Source: Tetramitus jugosus
Lineage: Eukaryota; Protista; Heterolobosea
NCBI GenBank assembly: GCA_937625935.1
Contig: OW569358.1
Span: 62,001-126,000, forward strand
Direction: 5' to 3'
DNA length: 64,000 bases
The notes under the pieces were generated by a model. It was not told the DNA's origin. It made no database searches and saw nothing but the letters and a program-made list of their open reading frames with translations. Positions 21,128 to 30,439 of this stretch are shown here, piece by piece. The translations under genes were made by a program, and so were the position numbers. The stretch's first letter is position 1. Every line of letters begins with the position of its first letter.

Positions 21128-21340
21128 ATAGGGAGAATTGAAATCTTGTTATCTTTGTGTTTCTCTGGGAATTCCAACTATCGTCTTTAAATTGTCCAGG
21201 GTATATCTTCCTAAAAAACCAACTTAGTAAGGTAAAGAAAGCACATGGATCATCCGTAATTTGGAAACTTCCAACGGTGAAACAACCTTTGAAGGTTCGA
21301 AATCTTAGCTATTCCTGGCCATGAATGAACGTGCAAAAAA

Positions 21341-21411
21341 TGCATTGACCGGGAATCGAACCCGGGTCCTCAGCTTGGAAGGCTGAGATGCTGCCTCTAC
21401 ACCATCAATGC
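21341..21411 (-). tRNA. tRNA-Gly(TCC)
   Basis: GCATTGATGGTGTAGAGGCAGCATCTCAGC-CT-TCC-AA-GCTGAGGACCCGGGTTCGATTCCCGGTCAATGCA. Confidence 0.95.
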
Positions 21412-21462
21412 TCGTCGGAAAATCAATGTTAGCCAATTATCCGGAGAAAGAGCGCTGGTAAA

Positions 21463-22759
21463 ACGCAGAAAAAAACGGAATCACATGTCTGGTGATTCAA
21501 CAAATTTGGTGAAGGAATACGGCAACAGCCGTTATGCAGTGTGGACCGCTGCACGGAAAGGCTCTAGGCCAAGTGACAGAGAGGTCGTCATTACTGGCAA
21601 CGGTAATGGTGTCTCTCAGTCATCTTTGGCAAGGAAGATTGGAGAGGAGTTTGGTGACTGGCTCAACCGAGTCCAAGTCATCAAGAGGAAAGGCCAGCAA
21701 CGCTTTGTTGCATGGGTGACGGTCAAGGGTGACCGCATCTATGACTTTGTTGACTTGTTCAACAAACAAAGGAGGATTGGCAACAGCACTGCTGCACCCA
21801 AGCGCAGTGTTGATTGCACAAGAAAGGTGGTCGTCCATGGCATGAAGAACATGTCAGTGGACGACATCAAGAAGCTACTGGGGCCTGAAAAGGTTGCCAG
21901 TGTGCTCAAGAAACGTGACACTGCCTTCGTGGTCATGGGTGACGAAACCTATGCACAAGCAGTGCTCAGTGGAGAGAACAAGGTAAAGGCCACGGTCACT
22001 CGGTACGTCGAGAGACCACATGATCCTCTCAAGGCAGTCAACAAGAGGTTGACAAAGATGTACGAGGAGCTGCTGACGGTGGTTGACGGACTGCGTCGAC
22101 AGGTCACAGAACTCACCAAGGAATTGGCAAAGACAAAGGGCCAAAAGGGCAACAAACCGGTTCAGATACCGGAACAAGTAGTCTCACAAAGAACTGCTCC
22201 TGGTCAAATGGAGGCAGAAGAACCAAGGAGTGCAACACCACTGCCAACAGTGCCTGTTGCACAGCTCAGCGCTGCAAATCAGCAAATCCTGGAGCAAGTG
22301 AATGCAACTTCTCCAGTGTTTGCCAGAGTGAAGAAGGAAATTGCTGCATTGGCACTAACCAGTGCACGCAAAAGGTATGGTTTGACTGAGGACGAACCAG
22401 TCATTGTGGATGTGGATGATGACTCCGAAAAGGAGATTCAGAGTCCACAACTCAATGACAACAAGAAGAGGAGTGCTAGGATCACACTGGGTGATCTGAG
22501 GAGCAACAAGGCCCAAGACAAGAAAACAACAACAGATGGCTCTGTGTCCATCGGCGGTCCTACTACAAGGTTACGCTCTTTGATGAAGGGCATCAATCAA
22601 AACACTCACCAGAGTGATTCTTCCAACCTGTAGGTGCACCGTCGGGGACAACAAGAGAAGAAGAGTGAATGACGCCCTACGGTCGTCACTCACAAAACAA
22701 GTCAATAAATGAGCAATCGTGTGCTTGCGCACACTTGGTTGTATGGAACAAAAAAAAAA
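21463..22759 (+). mobile_element. ORF1-only (non-autonomous) polyadenylated retroelement, ~51 nt upstream of tRNA-Gly
   Basis: TSD (A)AAGAGCGCTGGTAAA at 21447..21462 and 22760..22775; poly(A) run at 22750..22762; one ORF; 3' UTR motifs shared with the element at 18447. Confidence 0.85.
21485..22633 (+). CDS. Retrotransposon ORF1-like protein (RRM-like domains, coiled coil, disordered tail)
   Basis: RKVVVHGM..MSVDDIKKLLG...TAFVVM.D..YAQAVL RRM pattern, an earlier RRM-like block (VVITG..FVAWVTV) and heptad LTKMYEELLTVVDGLRRQVTELTKEL; lies inside TSDs. Confidence 0.7.
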   Translation: MSGDSTNLVKEYGNSRYAVWTAARKGSRPSDREVVITGNGNGVSQSSLARKIGEEFGDWLNRVQVIKRKGQQRFVAWVTVKGDRIYDFVDLFNKQRRIGNSTAAPKRSVDCTRKVVVHGMKNMSVDDIKKLLGPEKVASVLKKRDTAFVVMGDETYAQAVLSGENKVKATVTRYVERPHDPLKAVNKRLTKMYEELLTVVDGLRRQVTELTKELAKTKGQKGNKPVQIPEQVVSQRTAPGQMEAEEPRSATPLPTVPVAQLSAANQQILEQVNATSPVFARVKKEIAALALTSARKRYGLTEDEPVIVDVDDDSEKEIQSPQLNDNKKRSARITLGDLRSNKAQDKKTTTDGSVSIGGPTTRLRSLMKGINQNTHQSDSSNL

Positions 22760-22766
22760 AAAGAGC

Positions 22767-22971
22767 GCTGGTAAAGACTTAAGGGAGGAGCTTCTGGAGG
22801 TTAAAGGGTTACACTGAAGCTTGAAGGACGCAAGAGAAGAGGGAGTCGTCGAATCAACCAAACGTGCCTGTGTCAAGGCACTAGACAAGGTGTACATCAA
22901 CTCTGTTGTGAAGAGAGATGAAACACTGCTCATAGGTCAAGACCAACAGCGTTGTATTAAAAAATAAACGC
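22767..22971 (+). mobile_element. Older, heavily 5'-truncated ORF2 3'-end fragment displaced by the ORF1-only element
   Basis: Encodes VESTKRACVKALDKVYINS, similar to VCWVKSRCITVLHRLYQQS at the end of ORF 18448. Ends CAAC-AGC-GTTGTATTAAAAAATAAA. AGAAAGAGC at 22972..22980 repeats 21445..21453. Confidence 0.7.
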
Positions 22972-23434
22972 AGAAAGAGCAGTTATTACTAAGATTGCAG
23001 CTGAAAGATTGTACGTCAAAGCACTCCTCTCGAAAGTCATTCACCTTACCCTTAAGGGTATTCCAACTATCACACTAATCAACACTGGCGAGAAGAAGAG
23101 TGATACAGAGAAGGCAAAGAATGTCTTAATCCATGAAGAGAGTGCGTAAGCACATTACATAAGGTCTTTATCGACTCTGTGATGAAGAGGCGCGAACCCA
23201 CTGTCTGAGCGAAAGAATACCTCACTGTTGTATATTGAACAAAGTGTTGAATGGAAAAAACTGTTGTAAAACCCCCGATTGTATAAAGAGATGATTTGGT
23301 CGAGAGTACTCTACTAGCGCCGCCAGAAGTCATGTAGACACCGAGATAAAAACTGTAGAAAGAGCACTGTTCTGCCTGCCGTATGGAAAAAGTGGTCAAC
23401 AATTTGTTGCAGAATGAACGGTTGGCTGTATTTA

Positions 23435-24427
23435 TCATCTCTTGAGCTCGAAAGTTACACAAAGAGGTAGGTGGTCCGAGGGAAAGTTATTGCTCGGTAA
23501 ATGACTTTGTAAGAACAACTCTCTATTCAAAAGTGGGTCTTCAGTGCTGAGGGGCACTAATTGATTGATTTGCTCTTCTTTGCTCATACTTGTATAATAG
23601 ACAAAGTCCAACGTATCCTCTTTCATTCCCTTCACATAATAAGTAAACTCTGGATCGTCTCCAAGCAACTCTTGATAAGCACTCTTGAAACGATAAGGAT
23701 GCGAGTAATCCTTGTCCGTATAATGTGCATTGGTCAACAAAATGTTTCTCCTCTGCTCGTACTCGATACAATTGGCATCAACAGCACTGGATGACATTTC
23801 TCCTGTTTTGAGCATGAGATGTATGGCACAATTCGGTCCACAATTGAAATCCCCACATATAATAATGTTCTGGTGAGCCGCATCAATCTCTCCCGTATGC
23901 TTCCGATTCTTTTGCAGCTCATTCAACAGTGATTTCATTTGATTGAATCGCTCGCTTGGCTTACACGGAGAGCCCTCCAAGTGAACATTGGCAATCGTAA
24001 GGATTTCCCTACCATGAACAGCAGCATCACTCAATCTTTCATCACCATCACCATTGACGATGCACCTTTGAACAAACTCTAGAGTCACCATCAGTGCTCT
24101 ACTTCGCTCATTTACATGGATCGATTTAAATTTTTCCGTCTTGTAAAACACGGCATTCCCTATTTTTTTCTTCTCCTGCACAATTCCGCAAAATCCCATA
24201 TTGTTCAACAGTGGGACCATACACGAATCATAGACACTGCGTTCAACTTCCTGAAGGCAAAAAACATCATAATCCGAATGGTTTTTGAAATGCTGCTTGA
24301 AGAGAGGCCATCGATGCTCCCAACTCGTTACCAAGTCAAAGTTTTGAACATGTGGATGACTTGTCCGAGAGATAAACGGTGTGGCAAGCATATTGTAAGT
24401 CATTAATTTGATTGTTCGATTCAGCAT
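23435..24427 (-). CDS. EEP-family phosphatase/deadenylase (CCR4/nocturnin/Angel-like)
   Basis: MTYNMLA, DVFCLQEV, GNAVFY, ANVHL, ICGDFN, TLDFVYY and PSDHLP. Confidence 0.9.
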   Translation of the reverse strand: MLNRTIKLMTYNMLATPFISRTSHPHVQNFDLVTSWEHRWPLFKQHFKNHSDYDVFCLQEVERSVYDSCMVPLLNNMGFCGIVQEKKKIGNAVFYKTEKFKSIHVNERSRALMVTLEFVQRCIVNGDGDERLSDAAVHGREILTIANVHLEGSPCKPSERFNQMKSLLNELQKNRKHTGEIDAAHQNIIICGDFNCGPNCAIHLMLKTGEMSSSAVDANCIEYEQRRNILLTNAHYTDKDYSHPYRFKSAYQELLGDDPEFTYYVKGMKEDTLDFVYYTSMSKEEQINQLVPLSTEDPLLNRELFLQSHLPSNNFPSDHLPLCVTFELKR

Positions 24428-24714
24428 TTTGTGATCTCCGTTACTTGACAAGTAGAGATTGTTGACACAGATCTGTTTGGTTGTTTTTGTTTTGTTGTGT
24501 GAATATTTTTCACTTGAAATATTGGGCCATTGGAATTAGAGTGGAAGTGCTTGTGGGGATTGAATCATAAGTCCCGCCGAGTTTAAGACACTTGGAAGAG
24601 GGTGCTCGTAAGTCCAACATGGGTTGGTTTTATTCTCTTGTAAAAACTATGTACAAAATGTCACTGGAGGGATCACACTAATGTTTTCGATTAGTGGAGA
24701 TCATTTGGAACTTC

Positions 24715-26973
24715 TCAGAATAGAAATTTAAACTCATCATCGCCATCAGGTAGCGAAAGATCTCCAGTTTGTTGAGCTGAGGATACTTGATGATACTCGG
24801 TCCTGTTATGTTGTGTCTGTTGCTGTTGTTGTTGTGAGACATGGGGCAACATGGGAGAGATCGATTGTGCAAAGTTGCTACCTGAGGATATCGTTGTGGT
24901 TTGTAGTGGTTGAATGCTGTACATTTGCTGTAGAGAGGACATCTGCAACAGTTGCAGCATGTTACTCTCTGGAACTGCCGTGCTGGCAGCAGATGACGTC
25001 TGATATGGTCTTTCTGCGTGTTGATTATTGGAATATGGATCTTGTTGATTCATGGAGCCAAAGTTGAAAGAGATGGAAGGTTGCTCTTGAACTACCGGTG
25101 CAGATGACGAGATGGATAGAGCGTTCTGTGACAGATACTGTGGTAAATTTCCGATCGCTGTTCCTAACAAGTAACGTATTGTTTGAACAATCTCAAATTG
25201 TTCGGCAGTTTTAGGCGAGTATCTCGCACTGCATTGCATCCTTGTTAAGAAATTGGATATGACCACTAATTCTTCACTTGGATCAAACAGCAATCCATTT
25301 TCTCCCGATGGGAAATCACCGGCTTCTGTTGTAAAATCATCGACAGTGATATGGAACCGTTGTTGTTCGGTACTGTGTTCAAATTCGGTCCATATATATG
25401 TTGGATTCAACTTTGTCACCGTGTTAACCGTTACAGTTTGACCGTGGAGCTTCAAAGTTACTCTTCTGCTTAACAAACGAGAACCGAACAACAATAGATA
25501 TTGCAGTGCGAGATTATAAATTGTCCAAGACTCGTTCGGAATAAGTCTAGTCATTGAAAAGTTGTGCTTGGTTTCTTCAGTAATACCAGCCGCTTGAAAA
25601 AACTTTGAGTTTCCACCAATAACAGCCAACGTTTTAGGGCACCAAATTACTACATACTTGCTCAGTTCACTGCTTGGATTCCATATCTCGATATTGTACT
25701 CTTGACTCTTGTTGGGAGATGGCGTGTTTGTATCAACTGCACCTTTGACCTTGCTAGCACTACTCGCGCTAGCGGTATTATTGTTAGTCTTGCTGTTGCG
25801 CAACGAAACCTCCTCTTCTTCCTCCTTCTTTTTGTTCAATAGCTCCTGTTTCATCATTTCATTCTGCGCTCTGAGAAACTCAACTTGCGACCGATACATG
25901 GCCAACTGATTGTTCAACGCCTCTAAAACGTTCACGTGATTGTTATTGTTGTTGTAATCCCCGAGATGAAACATTCGAGAGGGAGACGATGGCAGAGAGG
26001 ATGACAATGGATAAGAAAAGGGATTGTTGGAGTGTTGCTGCTGCTGCTGCTGCTGCTGTTGTTCATTGGCAGAAACATCAGTCGTCGCAGAATGATTAAC
26101 ACTTGTCCAATCGAATGTCGTTGCCAAAGAGGGAGGAGAGAATGAATCGGAAGGAACGGGAGAAGTACTTGAAGAGGAGTCAGAATCCTTGTCAAACGAT
26201 TCTTGAATGGACCCAGTGTCAACTGATATGCCCAACAGTGACTGAAACGACGACGACGAATGATTCTGGCGATTCTTGTTGCTGTTGTTCATTGGCGTCA
26301 CTGTAGTGGCATTATTGTTCAACATGGATTCAAAATTCCACAATGATGATGAACCATCTGATGAGTCGCGACTCTGGACTCTGGAGTGACGACTGGATTG
26401 AGCTTGCTTGCGATGACGTATCGGTACGCTACTACTACTTCTACCTGAGGAATGACTACTACCACCACTACTACCACTACTTGCATTTGCAGTCAAATTT
26501 GTCGAAGGAACAACCGTAGTAACTACGGCTGCAACACCTGACGTATGATGATGGGAAACCGATGATGACGATGATGACGTCGAATTGGACAACTTTTGCC
26601 TCTTCATTGCATCCCTATCGTACTCGAAGCATTGCTTGTTTTTTTTGAGACAATTGGAACATGGTCGGCCACCATCGCATCCAATGTGACTGGCTCGGCA
26701 ATTGTGACAACTCTTCCGATTTCTCTTTTGTTGCAAAATTTTCTCTCCGTCTGCTCTGTCGGCAACCTGATAGTATACCCAACTGGTGTTGTTGTTGTTC
26801 GTAGTCGATGGAGGAGTCGCCGATAATGGTGTTGTGGGTGTTGTGTTGTGCATATAGTTGTTGTTGTCGTTGTTGTTGTTGGTGGTGTTGGTGGTGATGG
26901 ACGTTGTTGCACCAGATGATGATTTGTTGCGACTGCTACTACTGGCAATGGGTACTGGAGTAGAAGGTGGCAT
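24715..26973 (-). CDS. Zn(II)2Cys6 binuclear-cluster transcription factor with low-complexity tracts and a coiled coil
   Basis: CHNCRASHIGCDGGRPCSNCLKKNKQC motif; likely start MPPST after an AAC-rich leader. Confidence 0.85.
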   Translation of the reverse strand: MPPSTPVPIASSSSRNKSSSGATTSITTNTTNNNNDNNNYMHNTTPTTPLSATPPSTTNNNNTSWVYYQVADRADGEKILQQKRNRKSCHNCRASHIGCDGGRPCSNCLKKNKQCFEYDRDAMKRQKLSNSTSSSSSSVSHHHTSGVAAVVTTVVPSTNLTANASSGSSGGSSHSSGRSSSSVPIRHRKQAQSSRHSRVQSRDSSDGSSSLWNFESMLNNNATTVTPMNNSNKNRQNHSSSSFQSLLGISVDTGSIQESFDKDSDSSSSTSPVPSDSFSPPSLATTFDWTSVNHSATTDVSANEQQQQQQQQQHSNNPFSYPLSSSLPSSPSRMFHLGDYNNNNNHVNVLEALNNQLAMYRSQVEFLRAQNEMMKQELLNKKKEEEEEVSLRNSKTNNNTASASSASKVKGAVDTNTPSPNKSQEYNIEIWNPSSELSKYVVIWCPKTLAVIGGNSKFFQAAGITEETKHNFSMTRLIPNESWTIYNLALQYLLLFGSRLLSRRVTLKLHGQTVTVNTVTKLNPTYIWTEFEHSTEQQRFHITVDDFTTEAGDFPSGENGLLFDPSEELVVISNFLTRMQCSARYSPKTAEQFEIVQTIRYLLGTAIGNLPQYLSQNALSISSSAPVVQEQPSISFNFGSMNQQDPYSNNQHAERPYQTSSAASTAVPESNMLQLLQMSSLQQMYSIQPLQTTTISSGSNFAQSISPMLPHVSQQQQQQTQHNRTEYHQVSSAQQTGDLSLPDGDDEFKFLF

Positions 26974-27553
26974 AGAGAAGTTTTTGCACTTGTTGTTCTT
27001 GGTGTTGGCGTTGTTGGTAGTGGTGGGCTGGTTGTTGTTGTTGTTGATGGTGTTTGGTGGAGGTGGGGAACACGCACGCGTGCAAAAGAATATAATTCCA
27101 AGGGAGAGCCTGTGTGGTCTGAGTGTGTGAACAAGGCAAGTAGAGGGCTGCAATCCAGAACGTTGACCACACTCCAAATACCAAATGAAACCGCAGAACA
27201 GGTCAGTCAGAGTGCCGCAGGAAGAAAAGTGACACAAATAAAGACGTCAAATAAGCAAAAATCGGAGTTATTAATCGGAATGTTCTACCCAAAAAATCGG
27301 TAAATACCAAAGCGAGGATGGGTGCGCACGGAAGTCTCCCTTTGGGTAACATTTCAAGGGATAAAACATGAGGAATCTGTGAGAGAATTTCTCAAGGTTC
27401 CGCGGTCACGTCAGCAACCATTTCGTTGTTCTGTTCGGCGTGGTGACGGCATGCCTTGTGTTTTGTCAAGCTTTCGCAGGTTCCTTGAGCTACTGTGCTG
27501 GTGAAACCATGATATTTCTCAGCACGTCGACCGATATCTTGAGGATTATATTT

Positions 27554-27806
27554 CTTCCTTGGACTGGAGATATCCATGTTTGTCAATGGTGGGAATTGGA
27601 TCACTGAGGGCTTTCAAACTGTTGTAGCACTCTGTCTCTATCACATCAAAAACATCCCAGTTCGCGTGTTTGCATTTTTCACACCAGGTCGGAATATTAA
27701 ATCGCTTTGGAAAACGATCAAAAAACGTCCGCCAGGTGCCAAAATTTTCTTTCTTCTGATCTTCCTTGGCAAAAGCGAACAAGACAAGCATCACAAAAAA
27801 CTACCA
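27554..27806. repeat. Direct repeat copy 1 (~250 bp), paired with 31848..32112
   Basis: Runs CTTCCTTGGACTGGAGATATCC...CACAAAAAACTACCA; near-identical to copy 2 apart from scattered substitutions and two indels. Confidence 0.93.
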
Positions 27807-28559
27807 ATTGACCGAATGTGGGTATCTGTTGACCGTAGGTTGAAACCGTTCAAAGAGCCAAATACTGGGACATGGTCTTTGACATACATGAAGTTATCTG
27901 TAATTTGAGCAGGTGAAAACAGTAAATCATTTACAACGATGTTTAGTGCGTTGTCATGACCAGGAATAAGCCGTGTAGTTGTTGAAGGCAAAGCGAGTAA
28001 ATTTACGTTTGATGTATGGTGAACAGGTCGTCAATCTCGTACCATCTGTTCTTATCTGGAGTTTTCATACCATCTTTGAACATGCCAATGGGAGGAATAG
28101 CAGGTGGAGTTTTAGGTAAAGACTTCATTTGTTTTAATGTTATTAGTTTATAACCAGTCACGTACAGTTACCAACATCTTAATCTTCTTCTGCTTCTTGA
28201 CTGTCATCATCAGATCAGCAACCTTTTGGTTCTGAGAATCGTTCTGCAACAATTTCTCATCAGTCCTGTAGGTCTCCTCTTTTCATCTCTCTGTAGTCTC
28301 TCACCAAACTTCTTCAGATAATCACGAGAAGACATAATACTTAGTTTGAAAGGTGCCACTTCCTTCTCCTTCTCATATGTAATCACCATCATCTGATGAA
28401 CATGAGCATGCTTTCCAAAGATGTTTCTAGCTTCACATTCTCCAAACAAGAAGACTGAACATGGAACAGTAATATTTGGTCCTGGTCCCATGATTCTCGT
28501 AGAAAAGACAAAACTAGCTTAGAAACAATGAATGATACAACAAAATTACAAGGGTAAAT

Positions 28560-29001
28560 TTAATTGGCGGTAGAGAAGTATTCTTGGGATCCCTTTGGGT
28601 CTGCCTTCATGGTCTTGCTGCCCTTGTTCCAGTTGGCTGGACAGACTTCACCGTGCTCGTCAGTGAATTGGAAAGCTTGAACCAATCTCAAGACTTCATC
28701 AACATTTCTACCGACTGGCAAATCATTCATGGTGATGTCTAACGATACCGTTTGGATCAATGATGAACAAGCCTCTCAAAGCAACACCATCGTCCAACAA
28801 GACACCATAGTCTCTAGCCAAAGACTTGTCAATATCAGCAATCAATGGCAACTTGGTTGGTCCCAAACCACCTTGCTTTCTTGGGGTGTTGGTCCATGCC
28901 AAGTGAGTAAACTCAGAGTCGATGGAAGCAGCGGCGATACCACGGTTAATCTTCTCAAAGTCAGCCAATCTGTCGTTGAAGGCAACAATTTCAGTTGGGC
29001 A
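28560..29001 (-). pseudogene. 5'-truncated, frameshifted 2-Cys peroxiredoxin fragment
   Basis: [29 protein letters not shown], then a frameshift at ~28737, then [28 protein letters not shown]. The N-terminus before the peroxidatic Cys is missing. Confidence 0.9.
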
Positions 29002-29630
29002 GCAACATCCATTACAATACCCAGAGTTCTCAAATGTTTCATCAATAGTTCAGGGAACACCCACATCCAAGAGGCATTACCTATATTTGCATCTGTCCTA
29101 ACCTTTTCAACTCTTCTCTTGTATTCTGCACAGTTCTCCAACCATTCGTCTTGATTAACATACTCCTTGTTCAAAGGCTCGTAAACGTGCTTAACAATCT
29201 TCTCAAATATGTCTTCTACAACACCACCTCCGATGATATCAGCTCCTGTTGCATCTTTCACTTGTTTAGCAGAGTCTGGAATGTTAGCCCACTTTGCATT
29301 GACTCTGTCTCTTAAAGCATCAAACTGAGTTTTACAGAGAGATTGTGCCATTTGATAGTTCATAATATAAGCTTGCTTCATCAACACTTTGTTTGGTTCA
29401 AGGACGTCCTCTATGAATAAGCCAAGTGCTACATCACCATCACTCATCAGATGAGGCATTGTGTTCAGATCTTGAGTATTGCATGCCTTTGCAATAAAGC
29501 CTTGAGTGATGTACTCATTGAAGTCCTTTCTGTACATTACAGCAGGATCAACACGTGGCATTTCTCCTGCATATCTTGGCTTCTTACTTGCTGGTTCTTT
29601 TGCATTCTCCTCTGGAGTAAGATAGAATTT
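29002..29630 (-). pseudogene. Fragment of an unknown helical protein abutting the peroxiredoxin fragment
   Basis: Coding-like frame that switches abruptly to peroxiredoxin sequence at 29001. Confidence 0.45.
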
Positions 29631-29663
29631 TTACTCAACCAGGAAATTCTCGATATTTTTAGG

Positions 29664-30209
29664 ATGGTTACAAAGCAAGGAAAACAGCAAACTATGTACT
29701 CACAGCACATTCACTCTGGAGGTAAAAACTACATCCCTCCACCACCAATGAACCCACCACCACCAATTTACCCACAAAACTTTCCTGTCACTCTTCCCAA
29801 TTCCGTGCTAAATCACATTTTGAATAGCTTAGACGAGACAAGAAAAGAGTTAAATGATACTAGACGAGAGTTAAATGAGACTAGAAAAGAGTTAAATGAT
29901 ACTAGACGAGAGCTAACACAGAAAATTGATAAGATGAATGAGGAACTAAACGACACGAAACTCAAATTGAATAAGGTCGAATCACTTTATAATAACCATA
30001 TCGAGGAACAGTTACTTCTTATGAAGGAGGGAAGACATTCTGATGGACATCCTGTGATGTCATCCATTACAAGCACTACCATGAGGCAAATTATGCTAAA
30101 AAGTCGTCTCTCGCTTTACCAACAGTGTTTCTCTCAGATGATAGATGATTTCGAGCAACTTAAGAATCTAAGTAATAAGTCTCTGTATCAAGGAGTGTAT
30201 CAGCTTTAG
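29664..30209 (+). CDS. Short Pro-rich/heptad-repeat coiled-coil ORF (possibly a fragment)
   Basis: (ETRKELN-DTRRELN)x2 encoded by a 42-bp tandem unit. Confidence 0.4.
   Translation: MVTKQGKQQTMYSQHIHSGGKNYIPPPPMNPPPPIYPQNFPVTLPNSVLNHILNSLDETRKELNDTRRELNETRKELNDTRRELTQKIDKMNEELNDTKLKLNKVESLYNNHIEEQLLLMKEGRHSDGHPVMSSITSTTMRQIMLKSRLSLYQQCFSQMIDDFEQLKNLSNKSLYQGVYQL
29835..29914 (+). repeat. 21/42-bp coding tandem repeat
   Basis: GAGACAAGAAAAGAGTTAAATGATACTAGACGAGAGTTAAAT followed by a near-identical second unit. Confidence 0.85.
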
Positions 30210-30439
30210 GTTAGTCAGAACGTTAATTTACTCCCTTTTTGTCCTGTGCCACAGACTGTGATGGTTTGAGCAGTAGTGGACCAGTCTTGTGTTTGTTTCG
30301 CTTGGGTACCCACCGAAGACTTTCGAAAACACGCAATAACAGTTACAAAATTATTTTCATACGTTTATTGACTTGCAAACACTCTTATCTCTTCTATAGG
30401 ATACTGCAGCTGGTTGTAAAGCTCCTTTACACCTTCAAT

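Noticed and set aside
29835-29914. CRISPR-like repeat
   Set aside because: It is an in-frame coding tandem repeat without spacers, in eukaryotic DNA with no cas genes.
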